From: Lingula anatina
Taxonomy: Eukaryota > Animalia > Brachiopoda
NCBI GenBank assembly: GCA_051362555.1
Contig: CM120642.1
Span: forward strand, 21,204,001 to 21,268,000
Reading direction: 5' to 3'
DNA: 64,000 bases
This document shows positions 13,340-26,170 of this stretch, one piece after another (the first letter of the stretch is position 1; each line of letters begins with the position of its first letter). The notes below the pieces were generated by a model, which was not told the DNA's origin, did not search any database, and worked only from the letters and a program-made list of their open reading frames with translations. A program made the translations under genes and the position numbers.

Positions 13340-13790
13340 GAAAACAACTCAAGCCAACGCTACTAATTTACTAATTTCCTTTATTTGAATTCCTCTCAGT
13401 CGCCCACTCAGCCGAATATAGCTTTTTGTGGCCGCGTTAACCAAACGGTGCCAGCTCTGCCGGAAAAGTTTTACATCATTACTGCGGAAAGACAAAAAAA
13501 CGCTGAACTCTAAAAATGAACTCGTCAGCAAATGCCGACACTCAAGAAAATACCGCCATAACATTGGTTATATGCACTGATTTTGAATCACATTCTTCTA
13601 CTATGTTACGTAACAGCATTCCTTTGTTACCTGTACGCGCGATGTAGCCCTAACGTCACACGTGTATATTTTGTGCGACGTTTCACAATGACCGTTTAGA
13701 ATCAGATTTTTTTTTTTTTTTGTATTTTGTTCTGTTTGCGCCCCTGACTAGGCCTCCGGGACGAAACAGCTGTAGGAACTTTTTTAATTA
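13340..13790 (+). mobile_element. 3' end of a Penelope-like element (Naiad-type GIY-YIG C-terminus) with a degenerate hammerhead
   Basis: KRCQLC ... KTLNSKNELVSKCRHSRKY, followed by hammerhead core motifs at 13739-13779. Confidence 0.7.
13739..13779 (+). ncRNA. Degenerate minimal type I hammerhead ribozyme
   Basis: CTGACTA (one mismatch to CUGANGA), then stem II, GAAA, palindromic CAGCTG stem III, TA cleavage site. Confidence 0.55.
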
Positions 13791-13849
13791 AAATGGAGAG
13801 AACAGACTAATTTGTTCGGTTACTTGTCTTTCTCCCCATGATCCGTGGT

Positions 13850-14790
13850 CAGTTCGTGGTAGCAGAAGGATCAGATAACGTATATACGACGGCGCTTCAA
13901 ATGGCGGGATATAACGTAATGTCGTTGGTTAATAATTATACAGCAAGCAGCTCTCGTCCCAGTAAAAAGAAAAGACGAAACAGGAAACTTATTTGGTTCA
14001 ACCCACCATACTCAAAAAATGTTAGAACGAAAATCGGACATATATTCCTCTAGTTTCTAGACAAACATTTCCCTCGCGGAAGCAAACTTTACCGCTTATT
14101 CAACAGATCGACTGTAAAAGTAAGTTACTGTTGTATGAAAAACATAGGTCTACAGCAAATCATTCACGGTCACAATAAAAAATTCTCAAAAACATGTCAG
14201 TTAACACTCAAGACAAGAAATGTAATTATAGAGCTCCAAGTAAGTGTCCTTTGAGAGGGGAATGTTTGTCTAGCAACATTGTGTACCAAGCATCACTTAC
14301 TACTAATAACAAATGCATGAAATATAGGTCTTTGCGGTGGGCAATTTAAGATGAGATACAATAATCACACCAAGTCATTTAAAGACAAAAAATATGCTGC
14401 AGAAACTGAGTTATCCAAATACATTTGGAAATTAAAAGAAAATAACACCCAGTATTAAATTAGATGGGACATCATAAAGAAATCAGCGCCGCAAAGGAGA
14501 AATCAGCACCTATGCAACCTTTGCCTGGACGAAAAACTGTTAATAATGATAACACCAGACACTCTAAATAAAAGAACTGAAATAATTACCATGTGTCGGC
14601 ATAAAGTGACGTAACTAACACGGCGTGCGACGTTTACAAGTGTCGTCACGCCGTGTACGGAAAACGGCTAATAAAACCATTTTCAAATAAACCTCCTGAC
14701 GATCGGGTATACCTTCTGGGTATGCCCGTGAAACTCGGAGTCGGGGTTATTGCATGTCTCTTGTTTATTTATTTATTTTAATTGTATATA
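13850..14790 (+). mobile_element. 5'-truncated, decayed Penelope-like retroelement (Naiad-type; linker plus GIY-YIG endonuclease)
   Basis: RKLIWFNPPYSKNVRTKIG..FL*FLDKHFP..FNRSTVKVSY..KCPLRGECLSSNIVYQA..FKMRYNNHTKSF..ETELSKYIWKLK..CNLCLDEK..LNKRTEIITMCRHK, with stops and frameshifts. Confidence 0.88.
14690..14748 (+). ncRNA. Type I hammerhead ribozyme (Penelope pLTR type)
   Basis: AACCTC-CTGACGA-tCGGGTATACC ttctg GGTATGCCCGt-GAAA-CTCGGAG-TC-GGGGTT; core intact, stems I and II pair, minimal stem III. Confidence 0.8.
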
Positions 14791-14899
14791 TATATATAGG
14801 CCTATATAATAAAAAGAAATCTATTTTGCCCCGACTTTTTTTCTTTATATATATATATAGGCCTCGTACAGGAAAAACACTTTTACTTTATATATATAT

Positions 14900-16135
14900 A
14901 TAGGATATATAAGAACAGTAGCTAAAAAGATTTTAAGAGCAATTCCGCCAACATCTATTCTTTTGGGAGTCTGTTCTGATAGCAGGGGCTGTTTACTAAG
15001 AATCTCAGCGAAACAAACAGCCCTGTCGGTGCATGCAAGTCCGGGACAGCATTTCGAATTCCCGACCCACTCAAACATAAGATCGGCTTCGTGCCACTAG
15101 CGACAATCCTCTGGAGCAACGACCCCTTCACTATGGAACGATTAAGCATTAAATGAGACAGTTGATGAGTTAAAAGATTAAGATATGGTGTGTCAATGCT
15201 CATTACTCTGCAGTATAGTGATTCTACATTTCTAGATATAGTATAACTAATTTTCGGAATATGTTTGACTTCTAGGAGAGCAGAGGTATGAGATCGCGAA
15301 GATAAACCCATGAATCTTGTAACCTGTTTGTTTTGTAATGTATCCAGGCCTTTTATATTTTTACGAGACATACAGATAGAGTTAGTTCCGTAGGTTATAA
15401 CGGGGGACACCAGTGCACCCAATATATACGATTTGGGTTTTGTGTCCAGACCCTTATATAGCACACCCCATGCGACATTGCACCATAATATGCCTTGGTT
15501 GCAGAACCAATTCTAGCAGCCGTGTGGTCATCCGCCGTGCAGTTGCTATTTAACGTCACACCCAGAATATTTAAAGAGTCCGTCGTTTCCATAGGATATT
15601 GACCTAAGAACCAAGAAGGTGTTTTCAATAAGGCTTTTCCCACCGTCATACATTTTGATTTTTTGAGACTAAATTTCATTCTCCATCGCAGGGAGAAGTC
15701 ATGACAGACATTAATCAGCGCTTGAAGTCCAGGCACATTTGTAAAAAAAAAATTAAGTGATCAGCATCGATAATATTATTATATAAGGTATTTCCGATTA
15801 AAACACCAGCGTTTGTAGAGGATAATTCCTTATGCAGCTCGTCAATAAAAATGTTAAAAAGGATCGGGGATAAAATACTACCCTGCCTTGTTCCCCGGGT
15901 AATTTTAAAATTAGCACTTTATGAGCCTCCCAACCTTAATGAAGCACTTAAACACTTATACAATTTATAAAAAATGCGAGTCGGGGAGAACATCAAACAG
16001 TTTATAGAATGGCCCATTGTGCCAAATCATATAAAAGCATTTTTCGGCGTCGAGGCTGCACATATATAGGGGCGTGTCACCGTCTTTCACAGTGCACATA
16101 ATATCATTTAAGAAGCTGCAAGCGACGGTATATTA
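14900..16135 (-). mobile_element. Decayed LINE (CR1/L2-group) RT domain and 3' end
   Basis: CSLDAEKCF..IWHNG.FYKL..GTRQGSILSPILFNIFIDEL..DAD..PGLQALINVC..WRMKFSLKKSKCM..LNILGV..SPVITYG. Confidence 0.85.
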
Positions 16136-17559
16136 CCACTTCATGCGATAAATGTTCTGATTTTACTGTCAAATCGACTTCATAGGATAAAATGCGACTT
16201 CATCTCCACATAAGATATTGCCTGCGACTTCATGGGATAATGGTGAAAAAGTACCTGTTGTTGGCCCAACGTTATGAGAGAGAACGTTTTTGAAATATAA
16301 TGTTTTTGTACTGTAAATATTATCCAAAATATAATAGGTAAACTGCACGTTTTAATTTACTTGTATGACTGAATAGGGTTTCTTTAGTGGTACTGGATGC
16401 ATGTTTTGAGTAATTTTAAAATGCACAGGCATCTGTAGGTGAGGATCCAGTATTTCTGAAAATCAGTACATTATGGGAAATTATGGTCAGCGTTGAAGAA
16501 AATGGGTCCAGACCCCCTGGGCCCTCCCTTCCCAGATCCGCTTTATACGTAAGACTAATGGATCAGGTAAACCAGGCTATGTAAACCAGGCAGGTAAACC
16601 AGGCTATTATAAGATGGATAAATAAACAAATAGGAATCAATTATTAAAGATAAATAGATAGATGATAGTGTTGAAAAAGAAGCAAAGGAGGTCGTGTGTA
16701 TGATTGTGCTCTACAATTGTCTTGATCAAGTCGCGTCCCACTCTGAAAAGACTCATTTCTCCATGAATTAAGACACGCGCAAGTGTAATGATTTACGTCT
16801 GTCCCTTGGTTTCCAAGATGCTCTGTTCTAATCCTACACCTGTGAATGTCCATCATGGCGTGATCAATGGTGTTCCCTCATGTGCCCTCATGTGCTCTCA
16901 TTTGACCCGAAAGTATTATCTGCGGCACAGTCTGCATTTGGAAACCTGTTAATAAGGCGTTCGGGGGGGGGGGGGGGGGGGGGGGGGGGTTAGGCCTACT
17001 TGTTGTTTAGCAACCTAATTAACGTAGTTGATCTGCGAGATCAACAGGCTTGTAGATTGATATTTATTCAGAATAAATTGATGAATTGAAAAAGTTAAGT
17101 TTATTGCTTATGACTGCTTATTTATTTATTTTGTGCTTACACCTCACCCGAGCACTTGTAATTGATACCCTGTTACTTGGTTTTAACGTGAAAGATAAGA
17201 GCGTAAATTAACACACTACAGCCTGGGGAGTCATTCCTTAAGATAGTTGTAAAGCCGTATTTTGCAACCAAAGAAACACTTGAAAACGCAATCTGCGACT
17301 GTAACGCATTGAGCAACCAATTTCTTTAAAGTAACTGGAACTATTTGAAATAATTTAGAGATAGAATCGGGATGGAAACGGGGTTGCCATGACACCCTAG
17401 GCTAAATCTGGTGCTTGCCCCCGGGGTGGATGATTTATATTTTATACATATCACAATTTCTGTCATCTCCCCCAAGCACACAACAATCAGTTTTTTATTG
17501 GATTCCTTGACCTACATTCAATCACTTAGCTGTCCAGTGCTGTGTGCTGTCATTTTCTT

Positions 17560-20500
17560 TTTATGTACAGACACAGATGTGTCTGTACATATAGCCATCA
17601 TCTGCGTCTGTCGTCGCCGTCGCCGTCGCCGTCGCCGTCGTCGCCGTGCACTTTTACCGATAACACGATAAGTGGAAAATCATTTTACCTTTTGGCTTGA
17701 AACTTACAGAACTGATGAATATTCATAATACGCAGGTCAAGTTCGAAAATCAGCATGATCGGGTCACTTATAGGGAATTTTTGCTGTTTTTTCACTTTTT
17801 TCAGCATATATGCAGCACCGATAACACGATAAGTGGAAAATCATTTTACCTTTTGGCTTGAAACTTACAGAACTGATGAATATTCATAATACGCAGGTCA
17901 AGTTCGAAAATCAGCATGATCGGGTCACTTATAGGGAATTTATGCTGTTTTTTCACTTTTTTCAGCATTTATGTAGCACCGATAACACGATAAGTGGAAA
18001 ACCGTTTTACCTTTTGGCTTGAAACTTACAGAACTGATGAATATTCATAATACGCAGGTCAAGTTCGAAAATCAGCATGATCAGGCTATTAATATGGAAG
18101 TAATGCAGTTTTTTCACTTTTTTCAACATTTATGCTACACCGATAACACAATATTTGAAAAACCGTTTTACCTTTTGGCATGAAACTTACAGAACTGATG
18201 AATATTCTTAAAATGCAGGTCAAGTTCGAAAATCAGCGTGATCAGGCCATTTATATTGAAGTTATGCAGTTTTCTCACTTTTTTCAGCATTTATGCAACA
18301 CCGATAACACAATATTTGAAAAACCATTTTACCTTTTGGCATGAAACTTACAGAACTGATGAATATCTATAATACGCAAGTCAAGTTTGAAAATTGGCAT
18401 GATCAGAGCATTTTTATAAAAGTTTTGCTGTTTTTTCACTTTTTTTCAGCATATATGCAACACCTATAACACATTTTAAGGAAAATCAATTGCCCAATTG
18501 TCTTGAAATTCACAGTAGTGATCAGTGTTACTGAAATACAGATTAAGTTTTGAAAATAAGCTTGATCAGTAAAGGTTTGGTGAAGTTATGCCTTTTTTTT
18601 TTTTGTATACAAGTGATTTTTTCTCTCAAATTTAATTCTCAGGCATGCTAACAGTCTCATTTTTGAACTAATTAGATATGTTAAGTTGTTCTTTTGACAT
18701 TTTCTGCATCTTAACAACATTGTTAGTTGATTATAAAAAAATAATGGTAAACCTGATATTGTGTATTGTTTAATAAGTGACCAAAATGGAAAAAAAACAT
18801 ATCTTTACAGTTTGTCAGATTCAACCATTCACTATGTTCAGAATTTCAGAATGGAGCAAGTTGGACATTTATAATTGTTCTATTGATATTTTTGATTTTA
18901 CAACATATTTTTTGATTGATCATATAAAAATGACAATAAATTGATTATTTTGCTTTATGTAAAAAAGGTGTTGAAAATGGAAATAAACTCTTTCAATACA
19001 GTTTTCTCTTGTTTACATTTTGGGATTTTCAAAGTATGACTCTGAACTCTATAGGCTAGTCACATTTTCTGAATATCCATGATACTTTTATTTTATTATT
19101 AAAAAAGTTATGGTTATTATGCTGTTAAGCATTGTGTAATATTGCATCAAAATTGAACAAAACCCTATTCTGGGCACTGCCTCCGTAGTGGCGGTGAAAG
19201 GAAAACCATGTCACTTGCTCTTCTCACACTTACAGGAAAGAAACATAGGACTGAAATACAGCTTCAGTTGAAAAATTGTCTCATTAATTAATTGTTTGGA
19301 AGTAATACAGGTTTTTTTGTGAAAATTTTTATCTTTCACATGTTGCAATTTTCAGTGTGGGACTTGGAGCTCCCTTGGGCATGAAGCCCAGTGGTAATCA
19401 AATTTTCTTAATGTCCATGTTTTTAATAGTAGATATTTTAAAATTGGTGGTATTTAATTAGTTAATCATTATGTAATGTTGCATCAAAATTGACAAAAAA
19501 CCAACTTTGTGCTCTGCTACCATTAATATTATGTAAAGTAAAGTGTTACTTTCTATTTTTTTTACTATTCTTACAAAAATGATTCTTAGGATTGACATAC
19601 AGCTCATATTAGAGAACCAGCTCTATTGGATTATCATTTTTATTAAATTTATGAATTTTTTGTGAAATTTTCATTTTTCTCATTCTGGCACTTTCTAATT
19701 GTAAACTTGAACTCTGATGAGCCTGGAGCCTTATGCTTTTACTTTCATCAGTGTTACCTGTACGTTGTGCATAATTAAAATTTGATGTTGACTGTGCAGT
19801 TAAACATAATGTATTATTGCATCAGAATTGGTAGTCTCCTGTTTTATTTTGTGCATTATTGTTTTTTGCTTTTCTGAAGGTGTGACTTATGGGCCTGAAG
19901 ACCTTTGATAGACAAATTTGTGTGGTCAGTCTGTAAATTCCCCTTGGGTATTCACTAGGCTAATATCAGTGCTATAAACTCATTTGCCTAATTAAGCGGC
20001 CATTAAATGAAATTTCATAAAGCACACTTGTTGATATTTCCCTGTAAACTCCCAAAGGTTAAGCTCTCTGCTAGATAACATAGTGTCCATAATAAGGAAG
20101 CAGTGAATAGCAGCTTCATTGGAATTGTATTTTTGTTGTTTTCTTTTTAATTTTTTCTCCAACACTGGCATTTTTAAGATGTGATTTTTAACTCCCAGCC
20201 ACCTGAGGCTCTGCACATTTTCAGTATTTCCACATAAGCAGTTGTATTGGTATTTATGTCTTTAAACACGCTGTAATATTATTTTATGCACTGTCATCAT
20301 TTTTCATATATTGGGACTTTCATCATGTGAATTTTAACTCTCATGGTCCTGAAACTGTAATCTTATTGAAGGGGATTGATTGAGACCATTTTCTGGGTCT
20401 CCTGGAAGACAGGCAGATTTTAAAGTTTATATTTACGGGTTTCTGTTGGAAGACCATCAAAATGGAGGATGGATCAACAAAGATACTTTGGAATACTGTC

Positions 20501-20687
20501 AGAAAATATCTCTGGATCTGCTCCTGTTATTGACCATGTTACCTGTTGTGCATGATTAAAAATCATTGTTGACTGACTGTGCTATTATAAGCATATATTG
20601 TTGCATCAAAATTGACAAAATGACCTATATTGCATCTTTTTTTTCTGTTTTTTTGTCTGTACATTTGACAGCTTTGCTGCCTTGTTT
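17560..20687 (+). mobile_element. Helentron-associated non-autonomous element (HINE/DINE-1/Pearl-like), family A, ~3.1 kb
   Basis: 5' T-run plus subTIR/IR ATGTACAGACA..TGTCTGTACAT (17563-17590); (GTCGCC)n microsatellite; tandem array; 3' subTIR TGTCTGTACAT (20654-20664); stem-loop CAGC-TTT-GCTG; ends CTTGTTT. Confidence 0.8.
17657..18600 (+). repeat. 161-bp tandem array (~6 units) inside HINE family A
   Basis: CCGATAACAC starts at 17657, 17818, 17979, 18140, 18301 and ~18463. Confidence 0.92.
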
Positions 20688-21354
20688 AAATTACTTAAGG
20701 GCCCATTCACAATCATAATGACAGTTGTAGAGCCGCATTTTGCAACTGCAACGCATTTTGCACCCACAGAAAATCGTGAAACGAGTTTTGCAACTGCAAT
20801 GCATTTTTCAACCAGGACTTTTTGTAAGTCCCTGAACCGGTTTGAAGTACGGGGTGTGATTGCCCCATAGGGTGGTTGATTGTAATTTCTGCTATCTACC
20901 AGTAGATCTTTAGTAATGTGACTTTGCAGTCCTTTGGGGGGGGGGGGGGGAGGTATATGTATTTTTATATCGTTGTTACTGTTGTCCTCTATCCATTAAA
21001 GTGAGGAACATGAGACGTTGGGGATATTTAAACTTGCCACTAGGGATGTGCACGTGTCCTTCGGATTTTTGGTGACTATACGTATATGGGTGTTGCCGTC
21101 CCTAGGGTTGGTTGATTATTATCTTTAAATTGTATTATCTGCTATATACCCATAGGTCTTTAGGTTGAGGAAACTAAAATGTCGGGGTGTGCGTGGGCAC
21201 ATATTTTTTTTTTTTTGTTTTCTTTTTTTTGTGTGACCTGGGGTGTGGCTGTCCCTGGGGATGGTTGACTAATATATTACCGTAATTTATTTCATCTCCC
21301 CCTAGACCAATCGAATTAGGAACATGAGTTTTTGGTGCATGAATGGGCTACATG

Positions 21355-21489
21355 CACCCTGAGCTTCAGAGATAACTTGACACTAACCTCTTCACTATAG
21401 CCTATCTTCATCATGTCAAGTAACTTGACACGATAAAGATAGGCTATAGTGAAGAGGTTAGTGTCAAGTTATCTCTGAAGCTCAGGGTG
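21355..21489. mobile_element. 135-bp palindromic MITE with an 8-bp TSD, GCTACATG (Zisupton-like termini CACCCTGAGCTTCAGAG)
   Basis: 54-bp perfect TIRs; TSD at 21347-21354 and 21490-21497; the homologous host repeat at ~3561-3575 lacks it. Confidence 0.85.
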
Positions 21490-22364
21490 GCTACATGGGA
21501 ATTTTAGTGTGACTTGGGGTGTGGCCGTCCCTAGGGGGTGGACTGATTCGTGGTTTGTCAGGCAATGAAGCTGATTCCATAGATTGCACTTAAAGATGCA
21601 TACAAAGTCAATTTTTTGTCACAAAAACCAACCAAATGCCAGCATATAGTTTCAAGTAGTATAACTAAGAGAATTACCAAAAGGCATTGTTTAATTTTAC
21701 CAGAAAATGATGTTTGAACAGATTTTTCTGCTGGCATTCTAAGCTGTATGTTAATGGGGCAGGAAAGTAGGTCACGAAAGTAGGTTAAATTTACAACCAA
21801 AAATTTAAAGAAAGGAGCAGTCTAAAGGTCTTTTATGGCTGATTGAGTGATCTATTCAGTTTATTCCTTGGCATGTCGAATTTATTTGAGTCATATAAGA
21901 ATCTAGTAGAAGTGGTTTACATGTGTTACTGGGAATCCACGCTCCACCGATGCTCGGTTCGTATGTACCTTTAAGTCAGATTCCTTGCAGAGTTGGACCG
22001 AACCAGCTAGTATTATGTGTGAATCTGAAGGCGGTCTTCGAGTTAGGAAGGAAGGGGAAATGTAGAGAAAGCAGCAGACAGTACTTAATAACAGACCTTC
22101 AGTCGTATTCTTGAACATAGGTCAAGTTAATTAAAACCCATTCAAGACCCCATACTCTCAGAAATCCTAGAGTCCAAGTCCCATTGTTCTTTAACATAAA
22201 ACACACATGTTAATTACTACTCTTGGCAATAAACATTTTTGTTTTGTGTTAAGACACAACAGCAGTCAAACGCTGGGGATCCTGATCGAGTGTGTGGGGC
22301 CTTGAGTAACTTTTTAATTGGATTCCCTGACCTTATTTGAAGCCACGTTTCATGTTCCTAATAT

Positions 22365-25190
22365 AAACAAGGCAGCAAAGCTGTCAAATGTACAGACAAA
22401 AAGCAGGAAATAACTATGCACAAAATAGGCTACTGTCAATTCTGATGCAAAAGTACATTATGTTTAACTGCAAATTCAACATCAAATTTTAATTATCCTC
22501 AACAGGTAATACCAATGTAAGTAAAATGTGTAACAAGCATAAGGCTTCAGGCCCATGGGAGTTCAAGTTCACACTTTGAAAATGTATAACTTCCAGAAAA
22601 AGAAGCCAATTAGACTGCTTTTCCAACTCAGGCTGTATTTTAGTCCTGTATTTCTTTTTTGAAAGTTTGGCAATCATAAGTAACATGGTTTTCCCATAAT
22701 GGTCATCATGGCAGCAGCACCCAAAATTTTCTTCTATTCTGATGCAATATTACATAATGGTTAACAGCATAATGACCGTCAATTTTTAATAATAAAGTAA
22801 ACATATCATGGATTTTCAGAAAATGTGACTAGCATGGGTCTTCAAGCCTGAGGAACTTCAAAGTCACACCTAGAAAATGCCAATATGTGAAAAATTAAAT
22901 TTTCACACAAAAACTGTTTAACTGGCAGAAAGAATTACCAAACAGACTGCATTGCCTACTGAAGCTGTATTTTAGTCCCATGTTTCTTTCCTGTAAGTTT
23001 GAGAACAGTAAGTGGCATGGTTTTTCTTAAATGGTCATCATGGGAGCAGTGCCCAAAATAGTTTTTTTTCAAATTTTGATGCAATATTACATAACGTTTA
23101 ACAGCATAATGACCATCAATTTTTAAGAATAAAATATTAGTATCATGAATATTCAGAAAATGTGACTAGCAAAGGTCTTCAGGCCCATGGAACTTCAAAG
23201 TCACAACTTGAAAATGCCAAAATATAAACAAGACAGCACTGTTCTGAAATGTTTTTTTTTTCATCATTTTTAACAATTTTTAACATATATCAAAATGAAC
23301 AGTTTACTGCCATTTTTATATGATCAATTAAAAATTGATGAGATGGGAAAAATATCAATAGAGCAGTGTTAAATGTCCAATTTCTTCCATTCTGAGATTC
23401 TGAACATAGTGAATGATTGAATCTGACAAACTGCAATGGTATGAGTTTATTTCCATTTTTGAAAATTTATTACACAATACATGATAACAAGTTTACCATC
23501 ATTCTTACAAAATCAACTAACAATGTTGTAAAGATGCAGGAAATTTCAAACAAACACTTTTTCGTATCTTATTAATTAAATAATGAAACTGTTAACATGC
23601 CTAAGAATTAAATCTGAGGAAATGTGAAAAAAACAGCATAACTTCTAAAATAATGGACCGATTATGCTGATTTTCAAACTTGGCCTGCGTTTTAGTAAGA
23701 TCGATTTTTTCTGTGAGTTTCATGACAACAGGCTTATCCGTTTTCCTTGAAATGTGTTTACAGTGTTGCATATATGCTGAAAAGCGAATAAAACAGCATA
23801 ACTTCTACAATAATGGCCCGATCATGCTGATTTTCGAACTTGACCTCCATTTTATGAATATTCATCAGCTCTGTAAATATAAAGCCCAAAAGTAAAACTG
23901 CCTTCCACTTATCGTGTTTACAATAATAATGCACGGCGCCGGCGACAGCGATGACGGCGACGACAGATGCAGGTGATGGCAATATGTACAGACACATCTG
24001 TACATATTTACTGTACTGTTTGAGAACAGTAAGTGACATGGTTTTTCTTAAATGGTCATCATGGGAGCAGTGCCCAAAATAGTTTTTTTTTTCAAATTTT
24101 GATGCAATATTACATAATGTTGAACAGCATAATGACCATCAGTTTTTAAGAATAAAATATTAGTATCATGAATATTCAGAAAATGTGACTAGCAAAGGTC
24201 TTCAGGCCCATGGAACTTCAAAGTCACAACTTGAAAATGCCAAAAAGTAAACAAGACAGCACTGTTCTAAAATGTTGTTTTTTTTTTTTTTTTCATTTTT
24301 AACAATTTGTAACATATATCAAAATAAACAGTTTACTGCCATTTTTATATGATCAACTAAGAAAATTGATGAGATGGGAAAAATATCAATAGGGCAGCGT
24401 TAAATGTCCAATTTCTTCCATTCTGAGATTCTGAACATAGTGAATGATTGAATCTGACAAACTGCAATGGTATGAGTTTATTTCCATTTTTGAAACTTTA
24501 TAACACAATTACGATAACAAGTTTACCATCATTTTTACAAAATCAACTAACAATGTTGTAGGTTGCAGGAAATGTCAAACAAACACTTTTACGTATCTTA
24601 TTAATTAAATAATGAGACTGTTAACATGCCTAAGAATTGAATCTGAGGAAATGTGAAAAAACAGCATAACTTCTAAAATAATGGTCCGATTATGCTGATT
24701 TTCGAACTCAACCTGCGTTTTAGCAGGATTGACCACTCCTGTGAGTTTTATGACAATTGGACAATCTGTTTTTCTTATATTGTGTTTACAGTGTTGCATA
24801 TATGCTGAAAAGTGAAAAAAAGCATAACTACTAAAATAGTGGCCCGATCATGCCGATTTTCGAACTTGACCTGCGTTTTAGTAAGATTGATTACTCCTGT
24901 GAGCTTTATGACAACAGGCTTATCGGTTTTCCTTGAAATTTGTTTACGGTGTTGCATATATGCTGAAAAGTGAAAAAACAGCATAACTTCTACAATAATT
25001 GCCCGATCATGCTGATTTTCGAACTTGACCTGAGTTTTATGAATATTCATCAGCTCTGTAAATATAAAGCCAAAAAGTAAAACTGCCCTCCACTTATCGT
25101 GTTTACAAGGAAAGTGCACGGCGCCGGCATCGGCATCGGCGACGGCGACGACAGACGCAGGTGATGGCAATATGTACAGACACAGATGTA
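22365..25190 (-). mobile_element. HINE family A on the minus strand: one copy (22365-24005) plus a tandem 3'-truncated second copy (24018-25190)
   Basis: Same 3' end (aaacaaggcagcaaagctgtcaaatgtacagac); two 5' ends at ~24005 and ~25190; ~2 and ~3 units of the ~160-bp repeat. Confidence 0.8.
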
Positions 25191-25889
25191 AAAATAGACC
25201 ACCCCCAGGGTTGACCACACCCCAAGTCACAATTAAATTCCGAAGAGCCTTTGCAAATCCCTATAATGATAGGTTTATTAATCCCCGACGTATCAAGTTC
25301 CTAACTATGATGGTTTAGGAAGTAACAATGTGAAATGGATTATGCATGTATATAATAAAAGGTCCACCCCAGGGAAAGCTTGACCAATTATAAGCGTACC
25401 TAGCCGAGACAACCCCGTCCTCATTCCAATTCTACCTCTATAGAACTTCACACTTTTTATTAACTAAGAAAAAATTCTGATTTCAAAATGCGTTCCGGTT
25501 GAAAAATTCGTTTTCACGATTTTCTTTGGCATTTTGCAACTGAACACATTTTGGAACCGGTTGCAAAATGCGGCTCTACACCAGTTTTATGAATCCCCAG
25601 CATTTCATTCTCCCCAACATCTATCTGGACAGTTGACCGTTTCAAATCATTCAGATTTCAGACTTTCCGACCTTAAACGTTTTCATTAAGTATATAGGTC
25701 AGGAGGTCTATCTTTTTTAACGACCGAGATATTTTCGAAACATTATGTTGCATATCAATAGAAAAGCTTATTTTGACAGCTTGTTATTGCAAGTCATAAC
25801 ATTTATGTCATAGTAACAAAAGAGATACTTCTATAACACGAATAATGGAAAAGACGGTTTGTTAAAGATATAACTGTACACCTAGACCA

Positions 25890-26170
25890 GGCTTTTAGAG
25901 TATGGGGATTAACACCCCCTCCGCAAAGGTGACCGGGACAATATTGTAACGAACAATAGCAGTAAAAACACAAGCGAAAAGATCGCATAACACGTCGCTT
26001 TTAGCAAAGGCGATATGTTCGGCTGTTACGCCATCGATGCCTGGAGAACAATTTCTTTTCAGGCGACTTATGCTATCCATAACTTGTTGAGTAGTAACTG
26101 TTACATTGGTTTGAGAACCAAGTAACGATTTGTCACTGTCCGTCACAATCCCTTTATAAAATTCGGCACT
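25890..26170 (-). mobile_element. LINE ORF2 fragment just upstream of the RT core
   Basis: ISRLKRNCSPGIDGVTAEHIAFA...VPVTFAEGVLIPILK. Confidence 0.8.

Larger units (their letters stand above)
20726..25580. mobile_element. Non-autonomous TGT...ACA TIR element (Ginger-like) with nested insertions
   Basis: TIRs TGTAGAGCCGCATTTTGCAAC / GTTGCAAAATGCGGCTCTACA; flanks ACAGT / CCAGT (5-bp TSD with one mismatch). Confidence 0.55.

Noticed and set aside
14200-14660. Selenoprotein/SECIS in the Naiad-type element
   Set aside because: The conserved Cys positions are TGT/TGC (one TAT), not TGA, and the downstream hairpin lacks an obvious AUGA/GA quartet
17384-17397. X-box-like GTTGCCATGACACC
   Set aside because: Lies inside a decayed copy of the TIR repeat family, with no associated exon
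17657-18600. CRISPR-like array
   Set aside because: Units are contiguous tandem repeats without unique spacers, the context is eukaryotic, and there are no cas genes; the same applies to the 146-bp array
23680-25230. ORFs of 71-151 aa in HINE-A
   Set aside because: They are translations of microsatellite and tandem repeats, and the frames are not conserved between copies
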